Shown here: in pieces, positions 62,516 to 64,000 of the stretch
How the letters are laid out: each line of letters starts with the position of its first letter
How positions within the stretch are numbered: the first letter of the stretch is position 1
Source: Anaerolineales bacterium
GTDB lineage: Bacteria > Chloroflexota > Anaerolineae > Anaerolineales > DRMV01
Assembly (NCBI GenBank): GCA_027023425.1
Contig: JALVVL010000007.1
Coordinates: forward strand, 89,205-153,204
Direction of reading: 5' to 3'
DNA: 64,000 bases
Translations under genes and position numbers: made by a program
The notes under the pieces: model-generated
Told to the model about the DNA's origin: nothing
The model's database searches: none
The model's input: the letters and a program-made list of their open reading frames with translations, nothing else

Positions 62516-63297
62516 AGCGGCCGCGGCTCTTTTCTACAAACGCCGTTGTGCTCCGCTCGGCCGAGTTTGGCGAGGCGGATCGCCTGCTCACGCTTTACAC
62601 CGCTGCGCTGGGGAAAGTGCGCGCTCTCGCAAAAGGCGTGCGCAAAATCCGCTCGCGCAAAGCCGGACACTTAGAGCCCTTCAGCGAAACGCGCGTCCAA
62701 TTGGCGGAAGGGCGCACCTTCCTCATCGTGACCCAAGCCGAGGCCATCCACACCCACCACACCCTCAGAAAAGACCTGCATTTGCTCGGCCTCGCGGCAT
62801 ACATTGCTGAACTTGCCGACCGCTTCATCGGGGAAGGGGAAGAACTGCCGGGCTTTTACGTGCAGATTTCCGCCGCGCTAAAAAGGCTTGAAACCATCCC
62901 CGACAAGCGTTTGGTGGTGCGCTATTACGAAATGAGGCTGTTGGATGCGGCTGGTTTTCGCCCCGAACTGCGGCAGTGCGTGGTTTGTGGGGCGGTCATC
63001 CGCCCTGAGCCGCAATTCTTTTCGGTGCAACAGGGGGGTGTGCTGTGCCCAAAGTGCGGCGCGGCGAGCCCCGAAGCCGTGCCGGTTAGTGTGGACGCCT
63101 TGCGGTATTTGCGCCATTTTCAGCGCAGTGGATTTGCCGAGGCCGCGCGCGCCCGCCCTTCCCCAGCCACGCACGCTGAGATGGAGAGGCTCATGCAGGC
63201 GTTCATCACGCACATCCTTGAACGGCGTTTGAACTCCACCCGTTTTATCCGCCGCGTCAAGAGGCTTGCCCAAACGCCCCCTACCAAGCGAGAATGA
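62512..63297 (+). CDS. recO: DNA repair protein RecO
   Basis: OB-fold N-terminus (..AVVLRS.EFGEADRLLTLYT...GK..A.AKG.RK..S) and zinc-finger CVVCG...17 aa...CPKCG. Confidence 0.88.
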   Translation: MKRPRLFSTNAVVLRSAEFGEADRLLTLYTAALGKVRALAKGVRKIRSRKAGHLEPFSETRVQLAEGRTFLIVTQAEAIHTHHTLRKDLHLLGLAAYIAELADRFIGEGEELPGFYVQISAALKRLETIPDKRLVVRYYEMRLLDAAGFRPELRQCVVCGAVIRPEPQFFSVQQGGVLCPKCGAASPEAVPVSVDALRYLRHFQRSGFAEAARARPSPATHAEMERLMQAFITHILERRLNSTRFIRRVKRLAQTPPTKRE

Positions 63298-64000
63298 ACA
63301 CAATGGTGAACAGGGTGGTTACCAAAAATTGGCGGATTCCGATGACCGCGGGCTTGGTTTTGACCGCTGGTTTGAGGATTCCGGCCAAAGTTTCCAGCCA
63401 TTGCACGGCATACGCGGCCCACAGCCAATGGGAAACGATGCCTGCAATCCCCAAAAGGGCAACCGCGAGCAAGTTGAAGGTGGTGTAGCAGAGCGCACGC
63501 CAGCCGTGCCGCATTCGTTCCCGCAAGGGGGGCACTGATTTCCACGACCGTTGTTCAAGGCGGGTGTAGGCATAGACGATGGAAGCGGCGGCTTGAAGCC
63601 ACAGTAGAACCCATAAAAGCCACCCGTGCCAATCGGCCGCGCCGCGCTCCAGCCAAACTGCCGCTGGGGCGCTCAGCGCCAAGACGCCACTGGCAACGAC
63701 CTCCATATCCATCCTGCGACGCTCGGCTCTGCGGGCCACCAGATACAAGTACCAGCCAAAAACCGCCACTGCTGGGATTGCCAACCAAAGCAGGTAAACC
63801 CCGCCAAAGCGCACGAGTTGCCAAACGGCAATTAAGCCGATCAGCGCGTAAACGCCGCTCCAAAACAGGGCAGCGGGTAAATCCTTTTTGCCACGTCGGC
63901 GTGCATACACCTTTACGGCTATGGTAACCGGTTGCCGCAAGAAAAAGCCGGCTAACGCGGCGACTACGAGCCAAAATGAGCCTAAATTCAGGCGTCCACC
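63281..64000 (-). CDS. Polytopic membrane protein, partial (5' end beyond the window); possibly YwiC-like
   Basis: The reading frame stays open from 63940 up to the window edge (...GGRLNLGSFWLVVAALAGFFLRQPVT...), so the track ORF start (TTG at 63940) is probably internal. Six or more TM helices. The family guess is weak. Confidence 0.55.
   Translation of the reverse strand, partial: GGRLNLGSFWLVVAALAGFFLRQPVTIAVKVYARRRGKKDLPAALFWSGVYALIGLIAVWQLVRFGGVYLLWLAIPAVAVFGWYLYLVARRAERRRMDMEVVASGVLALSAPAAVWLERGAADWHGWLLWVLLWLQAAASIVYAYTRLEQRSWKSVPPLRERMRHGWRALCYTTFNLLAVALLGIAGIVSHWLWAAYAVQWLETLAGILKPAVKTKPAVIGIRQFLVTTLFTIVFILAW

Overview
GC-rich (judged by eye, not computed) bacterial chromosomal segment. 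The protein set (archaeal-type iPGM, PolX, FemAB-like, HerA plus Rad50/SbcC, TrmFO, split hisI/hisE) suggests a Chloroflexota-like organism, but this is unverified. I call 56 protein-coding genes, nearly all core metabolism or information processing: alaS, eno, ilvE, sufS-sufU, sat-cysC, hisE, hisI, fabG, nusB, recO, gmk, trmFO, rsgA, malQ, a class B PBP and others. There are 3 pseudogenes. I found no tRNA or rRNA gene and no CRISPR array. The unusual content is non-coding. Almost every long intergenic gap is filled by one of four short-repeat families. (A) A modular 'word' mosaic is built from the same 5 modules at 7 or more loci, including a 104-105 bp tandem array at 54182-54530. (B) A roughly 130-bp nested multi-hairpin palindrome has 4 copies. 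(C) A roughly 150-bp palindromic element ends in TTACGCAGTTG inverted repeats and has 4 copies. (D) A MITE-like element has GTTCAGGGGCGGACA terminal inverted repeats. D is inserted into C with an 8-bp target-site duplication, and B is inserted into D. Three co-directional gene pairs are separated by 8-nt or 15-nt tandem 'word' repeats. A small accessory islet at 19.6-23.4 kb around ilvE holds decaying toxin-antitoxin-like cassettes: phd/doc with two in-frame TAA codons, a duplicated small-protein/nucleotidyltransferase cassette that is now broken, and an apparently intact vapBC-like pair. Gene-level oddities are an MtaD-like deaminase fused to a CyaB-like CYTH domain, a sensor kinase translationally coupled to a short DarA-like c-di-AMP receptor, an asp23-nusB-tatA/B-herA-rad50 string without mre11/nurA, and a large HAD-like gene coupled to hisE. 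I see no clear self-contained novel protein system. The repeat architecture is the most likely undescribed feature. All functional calls rest on motif and family recognition from memory, not on searches.
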